A stretch of DNA of 64,000 nucleotides from an uncultured Anaerolineales bacterium. GTDB taxonomy: Bacteria > Chloroflexota > Anaerolineae > CG2-30-64-16. This document shows, piece after piece, positions 43,116 through 52,958 of this stretch (positions are counted from its first letter, which is position 1; the number at the start of each line of letters is the position of its first letter). The notes under the pieces are model-generated. The model was given only the letters and a program-made list of their open reading frames with translations, ran no database searches and was not told the origin of the DNA. The DNA lies in contig CAZTMA010000002.1 in NCBI GenBank assembly GCA_964614645.1, forward strand, positions 19,119-83,118, written 5' to 3'. The position numbers and the translations under genes were made by a program.

Positions 43116-43267
43116 CAACTGCCCCTGTTTGGAAGCTCCATACTGGAAGCAAGACACCGGATACTGGATACTGGAAGTAATGCTGGAAGGCCGGCCGTGA
43201 TGGCCGCAGACCCAGCCTCTGGCTTCCGGCATCCGTATCCGGGTTTCTGTTTTCAGGGGGTTGTACG

Positions 43268-44272
43268 GTGAACGTATCGATGTGGGCGCAGGCGCTGCGC
43301 ATCATCCCGCGCCTCAGCAAGGGCGAGTGGGACCGGCTGGATGTGGTCGCCCGGTGGCTGATTGCCACGCGGGCGGCCGTGCTGATTATGACCTTCATCT
43401 CCGCCGCCATCGCGGGGATTTTTGCGTTCCGCAACGGGGAGTTTCACCTGGGACGCTGGCTGCTGCTTGCGCTCGGGTTGGTCCTGTCGCACGCGACCAA
43501 TAACCTGCTCAACGATCTCACGGACTACCGGAAGGGCGTGGACAAGGACAACTACTTCCGCACGCAGTACGGCGCGCAGCCGCTCCAGCAGGGCCTGTGG
43601 ACGCAGCGCGAGCTGTTGACTTACGCAGCGATCACCGGGCTGGTGGCGCTGGTCTCCGGCCTGTATTTCGTGGTGCTGCGCGGCTGGCCCGCGCTGCTGC
43701 TCGTCGCGCTGGGCGCGTTCTTCGTGCTGTTCTATACGTGGCCGCTGAAGTACATCGGCCTCGGAGAGCTGGCGGTCGTCATCGTGTGGGGACCGCTGAT
43801 GATCGGCGGCGGGTACTACGTGCTGACCGGCCAGTGGGATTGGCGTGTCGTGCTGGCGAGCCTGCCCTATGCGCTCGGCCCGACCACGGTCATCTTTGGC
43901 AAGCACATCGACAAGCACGACCCGGACAAGGCAAAGGGCATCCACACCCTGCCGGTGATTATCGGGGAGCGCACCGCGCGCGGGGTTGCGATGGCGCTGT
44001 TCGCGCTGCAATACCTGTTGGTGATCTACCTGGTCATTGCGGGCTTCTTCACCCCGGCCATGCTGGTTGTGCTGCTGGCGCTGCGCAACCTGCCGCGCGT
44101 GTGGCAGATGTACCGCGAGCCCTATCCGCAGGAGCGGCCGGCGGACTTCTCGGCGGAGGCGTGGCCGACCTACTTTGCGGCCGGCGCCTTCTTCCACAAC
44201 CGCGGGTATGGCCTGCTGTTCATCGTGGGCCTGCTGGCCGATGCGGTGCTGAAGCAGACGGGCGTGATGTAA
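43268..44272 (+). CDS. UbiA-family aromatic prenyltransferase (MenA-like)
   Basis: NNLLNDLTDYRKGVDKD (N-x3-D-x3-D-type motif), second Asp-rich region GKHIDKHDPDKAKG, about 8 TM helices. Confidence 0.75.
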   Translation: MNVSMWAQALRIIPRLSKGEWDRLDVVARWLIATRAAVLIMTFISAAIAGIFAFRNGEFHLGRWLLLALGLVLSHATNNLLNDLTDYRKGVDKDNYFRTQYGAQPLQQGLWTQRELLTYAAITGLVALVSGLYFVVLRGWPALLLVALGAFFVLFYTWPLKYIGLGELAVVIVWGPLMIGGGYYVLTGQWDWRVVLASLPYALGPTTVIFGKHIDKHDPDKAKGIHTLPVIIGERTARGVAMALFALQYLLVIYLVIAGFFTPAMLVVLLALRNLPRVWQMYREPYPQERPADFSAEAWPTYFAAGAFFHNRGYGLLFIVGLLADAVLKQTGVM

Positions 44273-44330
44273 TCCACCAGATATGCGATGGAGTGTGCTT
44301 GGAACGTTAGTTAGCTATCCGAGTCGCGCC

Positions 44331-44408
44331 GCAACGGATGAGCACGGATAAACGGATACAGGTCGTGAGCGCAAAGCGTCCATCCGTTTATCCGTGCTCA
44401 TCCGTTGC
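44331..44408. repeat. Palindromic element copy 1: perfect 27-bp inverted repeat with 24-nt loop
   Basis: gcaacggatgagcacggataaacggat (44331-44357) / atccgtttatccgtgctcatccgttgc (44382-44408). The core cggataaacggat recurs at 56940. Confidence 0.9.
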
Positions 44409-44412
44409 CCCG

Positions 44413-45405
44413 TCACGCAAGCAGACCCAACGGCCCGCACTCCAACTCCTCACGCTTCCGCCGGAAGGCGACGATCGGACCATCCCCCTGCACCAGCTTC
44501 TCTCCCATGCGCAACTCCGTCTTGATCGGCAGTTGGCTCAGGACGACGCGCTTATCCTGGCGCAGGACCCACAGGTTCATCGGCGTTGCCAGCCAGTTCA
44601 CGCCCGACCGGATGACCGGCGCGGTGGCAAAGCCCTGGTAGAACCGCAGATAGAGGCGCGTGTTGCCCTCATCGATGGGGACAAACGCCACGAAGATGCG
44701 CACCTTCTCGCCCAGGTAGTTCTGCCAGAGATTGGGGAAGATGAACTCCAGGTGGAACTTGCGCGGGTCCGGTTCGAGAGCTTCCGGCGGCGCCGGCGGC
44801 TGAGTGCCATCGTCCCGCCGGTTGCGCACGTAGATCGAGAAGCGGTCATCCGCCGTCCACTCGACGCGCGGGCCGTCCACCACGGGGCCCATGCCCCGCC
44901 CGATGGTCGTATTGTGGACGAAGGGCACATGGATCGCGTCCAACTGGTTCTCGATGGCCCGGGTGTAGTGCACAGGCCAGTGATCCGTCGTCGTGGCATA
45001 GCTGAAGGCGTCGTCGGACAGGTCGGTGAACCAGGGTACGGGCGGATAGCTGGCCTGCGGCTCGCCCCACCAGATGAAGATCAGCCCGTGGGCCTCGCGG
45101 GTCGCGAAGCTGTGCACCCGGAAGGCCTTCGGCACGGGCGCGTTCACGCCGTTGGCCGGAATCAGCGTGCAGCGGCCCGTCGGGTCAAACTCGAACCCGT
45201 GAAAGGGGCACGCGACGTGGTCGCCGTGCAGCTTGCCGAGGCTGAGCGCCGCGCCCCGGTGGGGGCACAGGTCTTGCATGACCGTCACCTGGCCCTGCCG
45301 GTCGCGCCAGGCCACCAGCTTCTCACCCAGCCGCGTGATGCCGACCGGCTTGCCCGGCTTGACTTCGCCGGAATCCAGGATGGCATACCATTGGTTGCGA
45401 ATCAT
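44413..45405 (-). CDS. Rieske [2Fe-2S] non-haem-iron oxygenase (PaO/KshA-like)
   Basis: CPHRGAALSLGKLHGDHVACPFHGFEF Rieske motif. Downstream DAIHVPFVH-type mononuclear-iron region. Confidence 0.8.
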   Translation of the reverse strand: MIRNQWYAILDSGEVKPGKPVGITRLGEKLVAWRDRQGQVTVMQDLCPHRGAALSLGKLHGDHVACPFHGFEFDPTGRCTLIPANGVNAPVPKAFRVHSFATREAHGLIFIWWGEPQASYPPVPWFTDLSDDAFSYATTTDHWPVHYTRAIENQLDAIHVPFVHNTTIGRGMGPVVDGPRVEWTADDRFSIYVRNRRDDGTQPPAPPEALEPDPRKFHLEFIFPNLWQNYLGEKVRIFVAFVPIDEGNTRLYLRFYQGFATAPVIRSGVNWLATPMNLWVLRQDKRVVLSQLPIKTELRMGEKLVQGDGPIVAFRRKREELECGPLGLLA

Positions 45406-46658
45406 CGTGCCTCCAACTCGGCATATAACGCGGCCAGCGCCGCAGCGTGCTCGGCCATATCTGGGCCGGGTCGCAGATTGGGCCGCAGCGCGGCCAGCTG
45501 CCGCGGCTCCACGATCAGCCGCTTCAACACGCGCGCCAGGTCTCCGCTGTCCCCCGGCTCGAACAGGTAGCCCGTGACGCCCTCCTGCACCTTCTCGGCC
45601 AGCGCGCCCAGGCGGCTCGCAATGACCGGCACGCCGGCCGCATAGGCCTCCTGGATGACGAGGGGCGAGTTCTCATACCAGATCGACGGCACGACCAGCG
45701 CGTCAAGCTGGCGAAGGGCCGCGCCGACGCTCCGGTAATCGAGCGCGCCGGCAAAGCGGATGTTCGGGTGGAGGGCGAGCGCCTTGAGTTCCGCCGCGTA
45801 CTCGGGGAAGGCCTGGTCGCTGCCGTAGATGGTGAGCGCCGCATAGGGCGGAAGCTGGTTGAATGCTTCGACCAGGACGTGTACGCCCTTCTGCCAGGCG
45901 AGCGAGCCGAGGAACCCGAAGTGGGGCCGCGCGGGCGGCTCCGGCACAGCCGCGTCGGGGATCGCGTCCAGGCGGGCCCGGTCGATCCCGTTTTCGAGCA
46001 CGCGGATGCGGTCAGCGGGGAAGCCCTGGCGGATGTACTGGCCGCGCAGGAACTCGCTCGGCGCGAGGAACAGGTCAATCTGCGCGGCCATCCGCCGCAG
46101 GTAGGCGTTGCGGTAGGCGAAGGGCAGCGCCACGAGCGGCCACGCGGCGCGCAGCGGCGCGAGGTCCGCGCGGGCGGTGGCGCAGTCGACGCAGTTCCAG
46201 CCGAAGCGCGGGCCGCTGCACACCTGCCGGTTCGGGCGGATGAGCTGGCTGTTGGCGCAGAAGTACCAGTAGTCGTGCAGGGTGGCAACGCGCGGCCGCC
46301 CGTGGCCGAGTGCGATGAGCCGGGCAGAGACGCCCTGCACGTGCTGGTAATGGATCAGGTCGGGCTGCACCTCTGCAAGGAAGGCGGCGAAGTCGGCCTC
46401 GATGGCTGCATCCCGGAAGGTGTGCCAGTACTGGGCGGCGGGGTTGTCGCGCGGCCGGTCCGCGGGGAGCGGCGCGCGCCAGAGCTGCACGCCGTCGCGC
46501 TCCGTGCGCTTGTCCGCCGCGGGGACGCCGGCCAGGGGGTAGAACACGCTGACGTCATGCCCCTGCCCGGCGAGCGCGCGGGCGACGCTCCAGGTGTAAA
46601 TCTCGGTGCCACCCAGGCTCTCCGGCGGGAACTTATGGACGGTAAAGGCGATGCGCAT
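45402..46658 (-). CDS. Glycosyltransferase family 4
   Basis: MRIAFTVHKFPPESLGGTEIY...; YENSPLVIQEAYAAGVPVIASRLGAL. ATGA overlap with the Rieske gene. Confidence 0.85.
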   Translation of the reverse strand: MRIAFTVHKFPPESLGGTEIYTWSVARALAGQGHDVSVFYPLAGVPAADKRTERDGVQLWRAPLPADRPRDNPAAQYWHTFRDAAIEADFAAFLAEVQPDLIHYQHVQGVSARLIALGHGRPRVATLHDYWYFCANSQLIRPNRQVCSGPRFGWNCVDCATARADLAPLRAAWPLVALPFAYRNAYLRRMAAQIDLFLAPSEFLRGQYIRQGFPADRIRVLENGIDRARLDAIPDAAVPEPPARPHFGFLGSLAWQKGVHVLVEAFNQLPPYAALTIYGSDQAFPEYAAELKALALHPNIRFAGALDYRSVGAALRQLDALVVPSIWYENSPLVIQEAYAAGVPVIASRLGALAEKVQEGVTGYLFEPGDSGDLARVLKRLIVEPRQLAALRPNLRPGPDMAEHAAALAALYAELEAR

Positions 46659-46673
46659 AGGCGATGGCTGATT

Positions 46674-47954
46674 CTAAACGGACCGGTAGGCGCGCAGCAG
46701 CCCGCGGTAGGTATGCTCCCAGGTATACTCCTGCAGCGTGCGGGCGCGGCCCGCAGCGCCCAGTCGTTCTGCCAGCGCGCGGTCTGCGATGAGCCGCCGG
46801 GTCGCACGGGCCAGGCCGTCTGCATGGCCGAAGGGCACGAGCAGCCCCGTCTCATCCTCGCGCACCAGCTCCGGGATGCCGCCTGCATCCGCACCGATGA
46901 CCGGCTTGCCGTGCAGCCACGCCTCGAGCAGCACGATGCCGAAGGTGTCCACCTGGCTGGGCAGCGCCAGGAGGTCGCATGCGGACAGGAGCGCGTGCTT
47001 GGCCGGCTCATCCACCAGGCCGAGCACGTGCACGTGGCCGTCGAGCGCGGCGCGCACGGTATCCGGCTGGCGGGCGAGAAAGGCGCGGAGACCGTCGCTG
47101 CCCGGCCCGGCGAACGCAACATCGACGGCATCGCCCGCCTGGTTCAGCGCGGCGGCGGCCAGCGCCAGCGTAAACGCACCCTTATCATACGTGTTCGCGC
47201 CCAAAAAGGCCACCAAGGGCCGCGTGATGCTCCGCGCCTGCCGGAAGGCCGCGCCCTGCACCGGGTCGAGCAGGTTCGCGGACGGCACGTCCACGCCCAT
47301 GGGGATGCGGTGGATGCGGTCGGCGGTGACGCCGAGCCGCTCGTAGCTCGCGGCTTCGCGGGCCGACAGCGCCAGGACGGCGCCGGCATCGCGATAAACG
47401 TCCACCTGGTGGGCCATCTGGAAATGTGCCTGCACGGCCGCATCTCCCAGGTGCATCAGGGGCCGCACGACCAGCGGGCGATTGTGTCGCCGCGCGGCGT
47501 CCGCGGCCGCGCAGAGCAGGCCGTCCCAACTGCCGTCCTCGATGTGCACCAGGTCGGCGGCCGGCGCCAGCCGTTCCAGCGCGGCTGCGAGTCCGGCCAG
47601 CGGCGGCATGGCCCGGCTCAACGCGCGGAGCACCGGCTTCTGTGCGGCCGCGGGGATAGGGCTGCGCGCCAGCCAGTGACCTGCGCGGCGCAACACGCCG
47701 AACGCATAGGGCGCAGGCCACGGATACCGGAGGGCCAGCCGCTCGACGGCGACGCCATCGCGCAGCTCGCGGGGCGGCAGCGCGGCGCCTCGGGGTGGCA
47801 GCCAGAAGTCGCCCGCGTGCTGCGCATTCGTGGTCAGCACGGTCACACGGCTGCCGTCCGCGACGAGCCGCCGCGCCATCGCGACCACAAACGCAACGGT
47901 CCCGCTGGTGAACGGCTCGTAGTAGGGTGTGACGAACAGGTAATGTGGCATCAC
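46674..47954 (-). CDS. Glycosyltransferase family 4
   Basis: ...AFLGANTYDKG...PSQVDTFGIVLLEAWLHGKPVIGADAGGIPELV. Confidence 0.8.
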   Translation of the reverse strand: MMPHYLFVTPYYEPFTSGTVAFVVAMARRLVADGSRVTVLTTNAQHAGDFWLPPRGAALPPRELRDGVAVERLALRYPWPAPYAFGVLRRAGHWLARSPIPAAAQKPVLRALSRAMPPLAGLAAALERLAPAADLVHIEDGSWDGLLCAAADAARRHNRPLVVRPLMHLGDAAVQAHFQMAHQVDVYRDAGAVLALSAREAASYERLGVTADRIHRIPMGVDVPSANLLDPVQGAAFRQARSITRPLVAFLGANTYDKGAFTLALAAAALNQAGDAVDVAFAGPGSDGLRAFLARQPDTVRAALDGHVHVLGLVDEPAKHALLSACDLLALPSQVDTFGIVLLEAWLHGKPVIGADAGGIPELVREDETGLLVPFGHADGLARATRRLIADRALAERLGAAGRARTLQEYTWEHTYRGLLRAYRSV

Positions 47955-47988
47955 GATCTGGCGGCTGCCGGCTCGCCGCGGGCCGGCT

Positions 47989-48705
47989 TCAGAATCCCAG
48001 CCCCCGCTCCTTGAGGCTCACCCAGCGCGCCTGGCCGATGACCAGGTGATCGAGCACGTCGATGCTGAGCAGCTTGCCCGCCTCTACGATCTGCCGCGTC
48101 ACCTGCACGTCCTCCGGCGAAGGGGTGGGGTCGCCGCTGGGATGGTTGTGCGCGACGATCAGTGCGGCGGAGTTGAGCCGGACGGCCTCGCGGAACAGCT
48201 CGCCCACGCGCACGACCGCAGTGTTGAGTGAGCCGACGTAGACCGTGTGCACCTTCAGGACGCGATTCTTGGTGTCGAGGATGATGGTGCGCAGGTGCTC
48301 CTGCTCCAGCCCGGCCATCTCCAGCATGATCAGGTTGGCCGCGTCCGCAGGTGACTTGACGAGCGGCCGCTCCGACGGTGCGGCCACGAGCAGCCGCCGG
48401 CCGAGCTCGAACGCGGCCTTGAGCTGGGTAGCCTTTGCCGGGCCGAGCCCCTTGAACTCGGTCAGTTCGGTAAACGGTGCATGGGCCAGCTCAGCCAGCC
48501 CGCCGTAACCCATCAGGAGCCGCTGCGACAGGCGGATGACGTTCTCATCCTTCGTGCCGACACGCAGGATGATGGCCAGCAGCTCGGCGGTGCTGAGCGC
48601 GCCCGCGCCATAATGCTCCAGCCGCTCGCGCGGGCGCTCGCCCTCGGGCAGTTCCTTGATGGTCGGATAGTACTCGATGAGTGCTTCGTTGATGGGCATA
48701 TCCAA
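47989..48705 (-). CDS. radC: RadC-family (UPF0758) JAB-domain protein
   Basis: HhH-like N-terminus ...[14 protein letters not shown]; JAMM motif [17 protein letters not shown]. Confidence 0.9.
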   Translation of the reverse strand: MDMPINEALIEYYPTIKELPEGERPRERLEHYGAGALSTAELLAIILRVGTKDENVIRLSQRLLMGYGGLAELAHAPFTELTEFKGLGPAKATQLKAAFELGRRLLVAAPSERPLVKSPADAANLIMLEMAGLEQEHLRTIILDTKNRVLKVHTVYVGSLNTAVVRVGELFREAVRLNSAALIVAHNHPSGDPTPSPEDVQVTRQIVEAGKLLSIDVLDHLVIGQARWVSLKERGLGF

Positions 48706-48738
48706 CTCGTTCGTTATGCGGTTGTGTGCGGTCGGGCG

Positions 48739-49662
48739 TCACGGCCCGAAGGCTTCCTCCAGGAGGTCAGGCCGGTCCGATGTGATGAAGGCGACGCCCA
48801 GGGCGGCAAGCCGGCGCATATCCGCCGGGTCATTGACGGTCCAGGCGCCCACCTGCAGGCCGCGGCCGGTCAGCGCGGTGAAAAGCGCATCTGTGAGCCA
48901 GGTGTGGTTGACACCGGCGTACTCAGCGGGGAGGGCAGCGATGTCTTCCGCGACCTGCGCCGGACCCGCGCGGCCCACGCTGCTCAGGTAAGCCGTCGAG
49001 ATAAGCGCGCAGGTGCGGAGTTGCGGTTCGATCTGCTTGATCTCCTGCAGCGTCGGGAAGTCGAAGGACAGAATCACCGCCTGATCGAGCATCTCGTGGG
49101 CGCGGAGCGCGTCCACGACCTTGGCCTCGATGCCGGGATAGCGACTCTTGTCCGAGCGCAGCTTGATCTCGATCTGCACACCGGCCCGGCCCTTCGCCAG
49201 CGCCAACACCTGTTCGAGCGTCGGGATGGGCTGCGGCTCGACTGTGACCGGGCCGAAGAACTTGGCGGAGGCGTCCGCGGCGGCCAGTTCGGCCGCGGTG
49301 TAATCCGCCACCTCCCCGCTGAGGTTCGTCGTGCGCGCGAGGGTCGCGTCATGGATGACCACGAGCTGGCCGTCCTTGCTGAGATGGACGTCCAGCTCGA
49401 GGAAATCGGCATGGTGTGCCAGGCCCGCGTTGAACGCAGCCAGGGTGTTCTCCGGCGCCAGGCCGGCCCCGCCGCGATGCGCGACCTTCACCACGTCCGT
49501 AGACGCGGGCTGCGGCGAAGCCGGGCCCTGTGCAGAGGGTGTGCCGGGCGCGACGCAGCCGGTCAGGACCGCCGCGCCGACCGCGACACACCCGATGATC
49601 GCCGGCCACGCGGGACTCCTGCCCGCGCGGCCGGCGCCGTTTCTACTCGAAGGTTTCCTCAT
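48739..49662 (-). CDS. Glycerophosphodiester phosphodiesterase lipoprotein
   Basis: Lipobox VLTGC. VAHRGGAGLAPENTLAAF...LELDVHLSKDGQLVVIHD. Confidence 0.85.
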   Translation of the reverse strand: MRKPSSRNGAGRAGRSPAWPAIIGCVAVGAAVLTGCVAPGTPSAQGPASPQPASTDVVKVAHRGGAGLAPENTLAAFNAGLAHHADFLELDVHLSKDGQLVVIHDATLARTTNLSGEVADYTAAELAAADASAKFFGPVTVEPQPIPTLEQVLALAKGRAGVQIEIKLRSDKSRYPGIEAKVVDALRAHEMLDQAVILSFDFPTLQEIKQIEPQLRTCALISTAYLSSVGRAGPAQVAEDIAALPAEYAGVNHTWLTDALFTALTGRGLQVGAWTVNDPADMRRLAALGVAFITSDRPDLLEEAFGP

Positions 49663-51025
49663 ACTCCGCCCGCAACTCCTGTGCCGCTTCTTCCATCACC
49701 TGGTCGACCGGCGTGCCGGCCACGAGCAGTTTCTCGACAGCGATGCGCAGGATTTCCGTGCCCTTGCCGAGGGAGATGACGCTCGCCTGCGGCCGGGCGT
49801 ACTGGAGCTGGTCAACCGCGACCTTGCGCTCCGGGAATTTCTCGTAATAGGCCTTGAGGCTCGGGACCTCCATCGCGGCCTGGCTGGTCGGCATGTAGCC
49901 GGTCATTTCCACGATGTAGGCGTTGTTCTCGGGCTGGGTAATCCACTTCATGAACTGCCAGGTGGCAGCCTTGCGCGCCTCATCGGTGGAGGTCATGGCG
50001 ATGACCGAGCCACCGACCGGGACCATGCGCTGCGTCTGCGCCGGCATGAAGCCCGCGCCGAGCTGGAAGGTCGCCTTGCTCATGAGGTTCGCCATGCTGC
50101 CCGTCGAGCCGAAGACCATGCCGACGCGGCCGTTCAGGAAGTCGTTCTGCGCGTCCTCGACGCCCGCAATCGCGGTCTTGTCCGTGAAGACCATGTCCTG
50201 CCAGAGCTGTGCAGCAGCCTTTGCCTCAGGTTCGGTCAGCTTGATGTTGAAGTCAGCGTCCGATACCTCGCCGCCGAAGGCGTAGATGGCGCCCTGCAGA
50301 TACCAGTGGGCCGTGGTCTGGCCCATCGTGAAGGAAACACCCGAGCGCACGATCTCGCCATTCTCTTCCTTGGTCAGCTTGGCGGCGAACTCCCGGAATT
50401 CATCCCAGGTTTCCGGCACGCGGTCAGGCAGCCCGACTTCCGCGAACATATCGCGGTTGAAGTAGAGCAGCGGGGTGCTGCGCATCAGCGGCAGCGCGTA
50501 TAGCGTGCCCTGGTAGTAACCGTCCTGCAGCAGGCCCGGGATGAAGGTCTCGAGGTCCAGCGCGGTGTCGGGGTTGCTGGCGAAGTCATCCAGCGGCACC
50601 AGCACGCCGTCCTTCGCAAAGAGCGCGACGAACGGCGAATCCAGCAGGATCAGGTCCGGCACTTCGCCGGCGGCCAGCCCGGCCTGGAGCTTCTGCACCA
50701 GCTCAGCATACGCGCCCTGGAATTGCACGTCCACAAAGACATCGCTCTGCGAATCGTTGAAACGCCGGACAAGCTCGTCCTGGGCGTCGCCGGCCGCGCC
50801 GGTCAGCGCGCGCCAGTAGGTAATCTTGACTGCGTTGGGAGACGCGACCTGGGCCGGCTCCTCTGCAACCTCTTCGGCCGGGGCCTCTGTGGCCGCCGGT
50901 GCGGCAGGCTCCGCCGCAGCAGGCGCGGCGGGGGCTTCAGCGGCTGGGGGTGCGGTGCAGGCGGCGAGCGGCAGCACCAGCATCACGGCCAGCAGCATCC
51001 ATATGAGCGACTTTCGGACAGACAT
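49643..51025 (-). CDS. ABC transporter extracellular solute-binding lipoprotein (family 1; sugar / sn-glycerol-3-phosphate type)
   Basis: Lipobox LPLAAC, Ala/Pro/Glu linker, about 400-aa SBP fold (...ITYWRALTGAAGDAQDELVRRFN...). Confidence 0.8.
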   Translation of the reverse strand: MSVRKSLIWMLLAVMLVLPLAACTAPPAAEAPAAPAAAEPAAPAATEAPAEEVAEEPAQVASPNAVKITYWRALTGAAGDAQDELVRRFNDSQSDVFVDVQFQGAYAELVQKLQAGLAAGEVPDLILLDSPFVALFAKDGVLVPLDDFASNPDTALDLETFIPGLLQDGYYQGTLYALPLMRSTPLLYFNRDMFAEVGLPDRVPETWDEFREFAAKLTKEENGEIVRSGVSFTMGQTTAHWYLQGAIYAFGGEVSDADFNIKLTEPEAKAAAQLWQDMVFTDKTAIAGVEDAQNDFLNGRVGMVFGSTGSMANLMSKATFQLGAGFMPAQTQRMVPVGGSVIAMTSTDEARKAATWQFMKWITQPENNAYIVEMTGYMPTSQAAMEVPSLKAYYEKFPERKVAVDQLQYARPQASVISLGKGTEILRIAVEKLLVAGTPVDQVMEEAAQELRAEYEETFE

Positions 51026-51116
51026 CTCTACCCTCCTTGGTGAGATAGGAAAGTGAGTGCGCCGCCGTCTGGACAGGGCGGCAGCAACGGCATAAGACGA
51101 CCTGGCATCTCGGTGC

Positions 51117-51980
51117 TTAACCCTTCAGCGCGCCGGCTGCGATCCCGTCGATCAGCTGGCGCTGGGCCAGGAAGAAGACCAGCAGGACGGGCACGAGCAC
51201 GAACAGGGTTGCAGCCATCAGGTGTTCGGGGCCGATGTTGTATTCGGCGCTTCGCACCATCACCAGGCCGACTGGCAGCGTGCGCATGTCCTGGGTGTTG
51301 GTGATGATCAACGGCCACAGGTAGTCGTTCCACTTGGCGATGAAGAGATAGAGCGCCAGCGTCGCGACGACCGGCCGCGCCAGGGGCAGCGCGATGTTGA
51401 GCAGGGAACGCACGTGTCCCGCGCCATCGATCGTGGCCGCGTCGAACAGCTCGCTCGACATCGAGAGGAACGCCTGGCGCAGCAGGAACGCGCCGAACAC
51501 GCTGGAAATGTGCGGGATGACGATCCCCGCGTACTCGTTGATCCACCCCAGGTGATACAGGGTGACGTAGTTGGGAATCAGGGCCATCTGGCCGGGAATC
51601 ATCATGGCGGCCAGCATGACCATGAAGAGCAGGTTGCGGCCGGGGAACTCGATGCGGGCGAAGGCATACGCGGTTAGCGCGGCGATCGTCACCTCCATGA
51701 CGACGCCCCACCCCGTGACGATCAGGCTGTTGATATAGAACCGCCCGAACGGCGCGGATTCCCAGGCCACGACGAAGTTGTCCCAACGCAGATTCTCGGG
51801 AATCCAGATGGGCGGAAAGATGGACACTTCCTGCGGGCTCTTGAACGCGGTCGAAATCATCCAGATGAAGGGCATGCCGATGGCGATACAGACCAGAATC
51901 AGGAACAGGTGCGAGGCAAACCCTCGCGTAAAGCGCCCGACTCGCTCGTTCTCCCGCAGCCCGTGTGATGCGATGCTCAT
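51117..51980 (-). CDS. Carbohydrate-type ABC transporter permease (UgpE/MalG-like)
   Basis: 6 TM helices. EAA-loop region ELFDAATIDGAGHVRSLLNIALPLARP. Confidence 0.85.
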   Translation of the reverse strand: MSIASHGLRENERVGRFTRGFASHLFLILVCIAIGMPFIWMISTAFKSPQEVSIFPPIWIPENLRWDNFVVAWESAPFGRFYINSLIVTGWGVVMEVTIAALTAYAFARIEFPGRNLLFMVMLAAMMIPGQMALIPNYVTLYHLGWINEYAGIVIPHISSVFGAFLLRQAFLSMSSELFDAATIDGAGHVRSLLNIALPLARPVVATLALYLFIAKWNDYLWPLIITNTQDMRTLPVGLVMVRSAEYNIGPEHLMAATLFVLVPVLLVFFLAQRQLIDGIAAGALKG

Positions 51981-52002
51981 AGGTCGTATCCTGCCGGAAC
52001 CA

Positions 52003-52926
52003 TTAGTAATGCACCCAGCGTCGCGACAGGCGCATCTGGATGACGGTGATGACCAGGATAATCACGAACAGCACGACGGCCAGCGCCGAAGCATAGCCGG
52101 TCTTGAACCAGCGGAACGCGTTCTGATAAAGGTAGAATACATAGACATTCGAGCTGTTGAGCGGGCCGCCGCCGGTCATCACCGCGACGATATCGAAGGC
52201 CTTGAACGCGCCGACGATGGAGATAATCAGCAGGAAGAAGGTTGTCGGTGAGAGCAAGGGAAACGTGACATGGCGGAACAGCGACCACCGCGAGGCGCCA
52301 TCGACGCGCGCCGCCTCGTAGAGGTCGGCGGAAATCGCCTGCAGGCCGGCCAGGAAGATGACCATGTCATAGCCGATGCCGGCCCAGATGACGACGATCA
52401 TCACCGCGGGCAGCGCCCAATTGGGATCGGACAACCAGTTGGGCGAGGACAGCCCCAGCCAGCGGAGCGGCAGCTTGAGCAGCCCGTAATAGGGATCCAG
52501 GATCCAGCCCCACACCATCGCAATCGCCACGCTGGTGGTGAAGGTGGGGGAGAAGATGACGGCCCGGTAGACGTTGCGGCCCTTCAGCTTCTGGTTCAGC
52601 AGGACGGCCAGGAACAGTGCGATGGCGAGCTTGACGAACACCGTGCCCACGGCCAGGATCGCAGTATTACGGAGAACCTGCCAGAAGATGGGGTCCTCCA
52701 GCATCCGGGCATAGTTCTCCAGTTGAATGAACTTCTTGGTGGGCGCGATCATATTCCACCGGTAGAAGCTCAGATAGAAGCTATAGGCGACAGGCCAGAA
52801 TGTAAAAACGGCAAGGAGGATGAAATTAGGGGCTGTAAACCCTAAGAAGGCTAGCCAGTCGGTGATTTTGCGTCGGTTCCAACGACTGACGCCCTGTCTC
52901 GACGACGAGATAGTAGCTGCATCCAT
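52003..52926 (-). CDS. Carbohydrate-type ABC transporter permease (UgpA/MalF-like)
   Basis: EAA-loop DLYEAARVDGASRWSLFRHVTFPLLSP. Confidence 0.85.
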   Translation of the reverse strand: MDAATISSSRQGVSRWNRRKITDWLAFLGFTAPNFILLAVFTFWPVAYSFYLSFYRWNMIAPTKKFIQLENYARMLEDPIFWQVLRNTAILAVGTVFVKLAIALFLAVLLNQKLKGRNVYRAVIFSPTFTTSVAIAMVWGWILDPYYGLLKLPLRWLGLSSPNWLSDPNWALPAVMIVVIWAGIGYDMVIFLAGLQAISADLYEAARVDGASRWSLFRHVTFPLLSPTTFFLLIISIVGAFKAFDIVAVMTGGGPLNSSNVYVFYLYQNAFRWFKTGYASALAVVLFVIILVITVIQMRLSRRWVHY

Positions 52927-52958
52927 CGGCTAAGTCTCTTTAGAGTAAGGTAAGTCAC

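Noticed and set aside
44338-45570. A 410-aa plus-strand ORF starting inside the palindromic element.
   Set aside because: It is antisense to the well-supported Rieske oxygenase gene. Its start codon is created by the repeat itself, and the translation is low-complexity.
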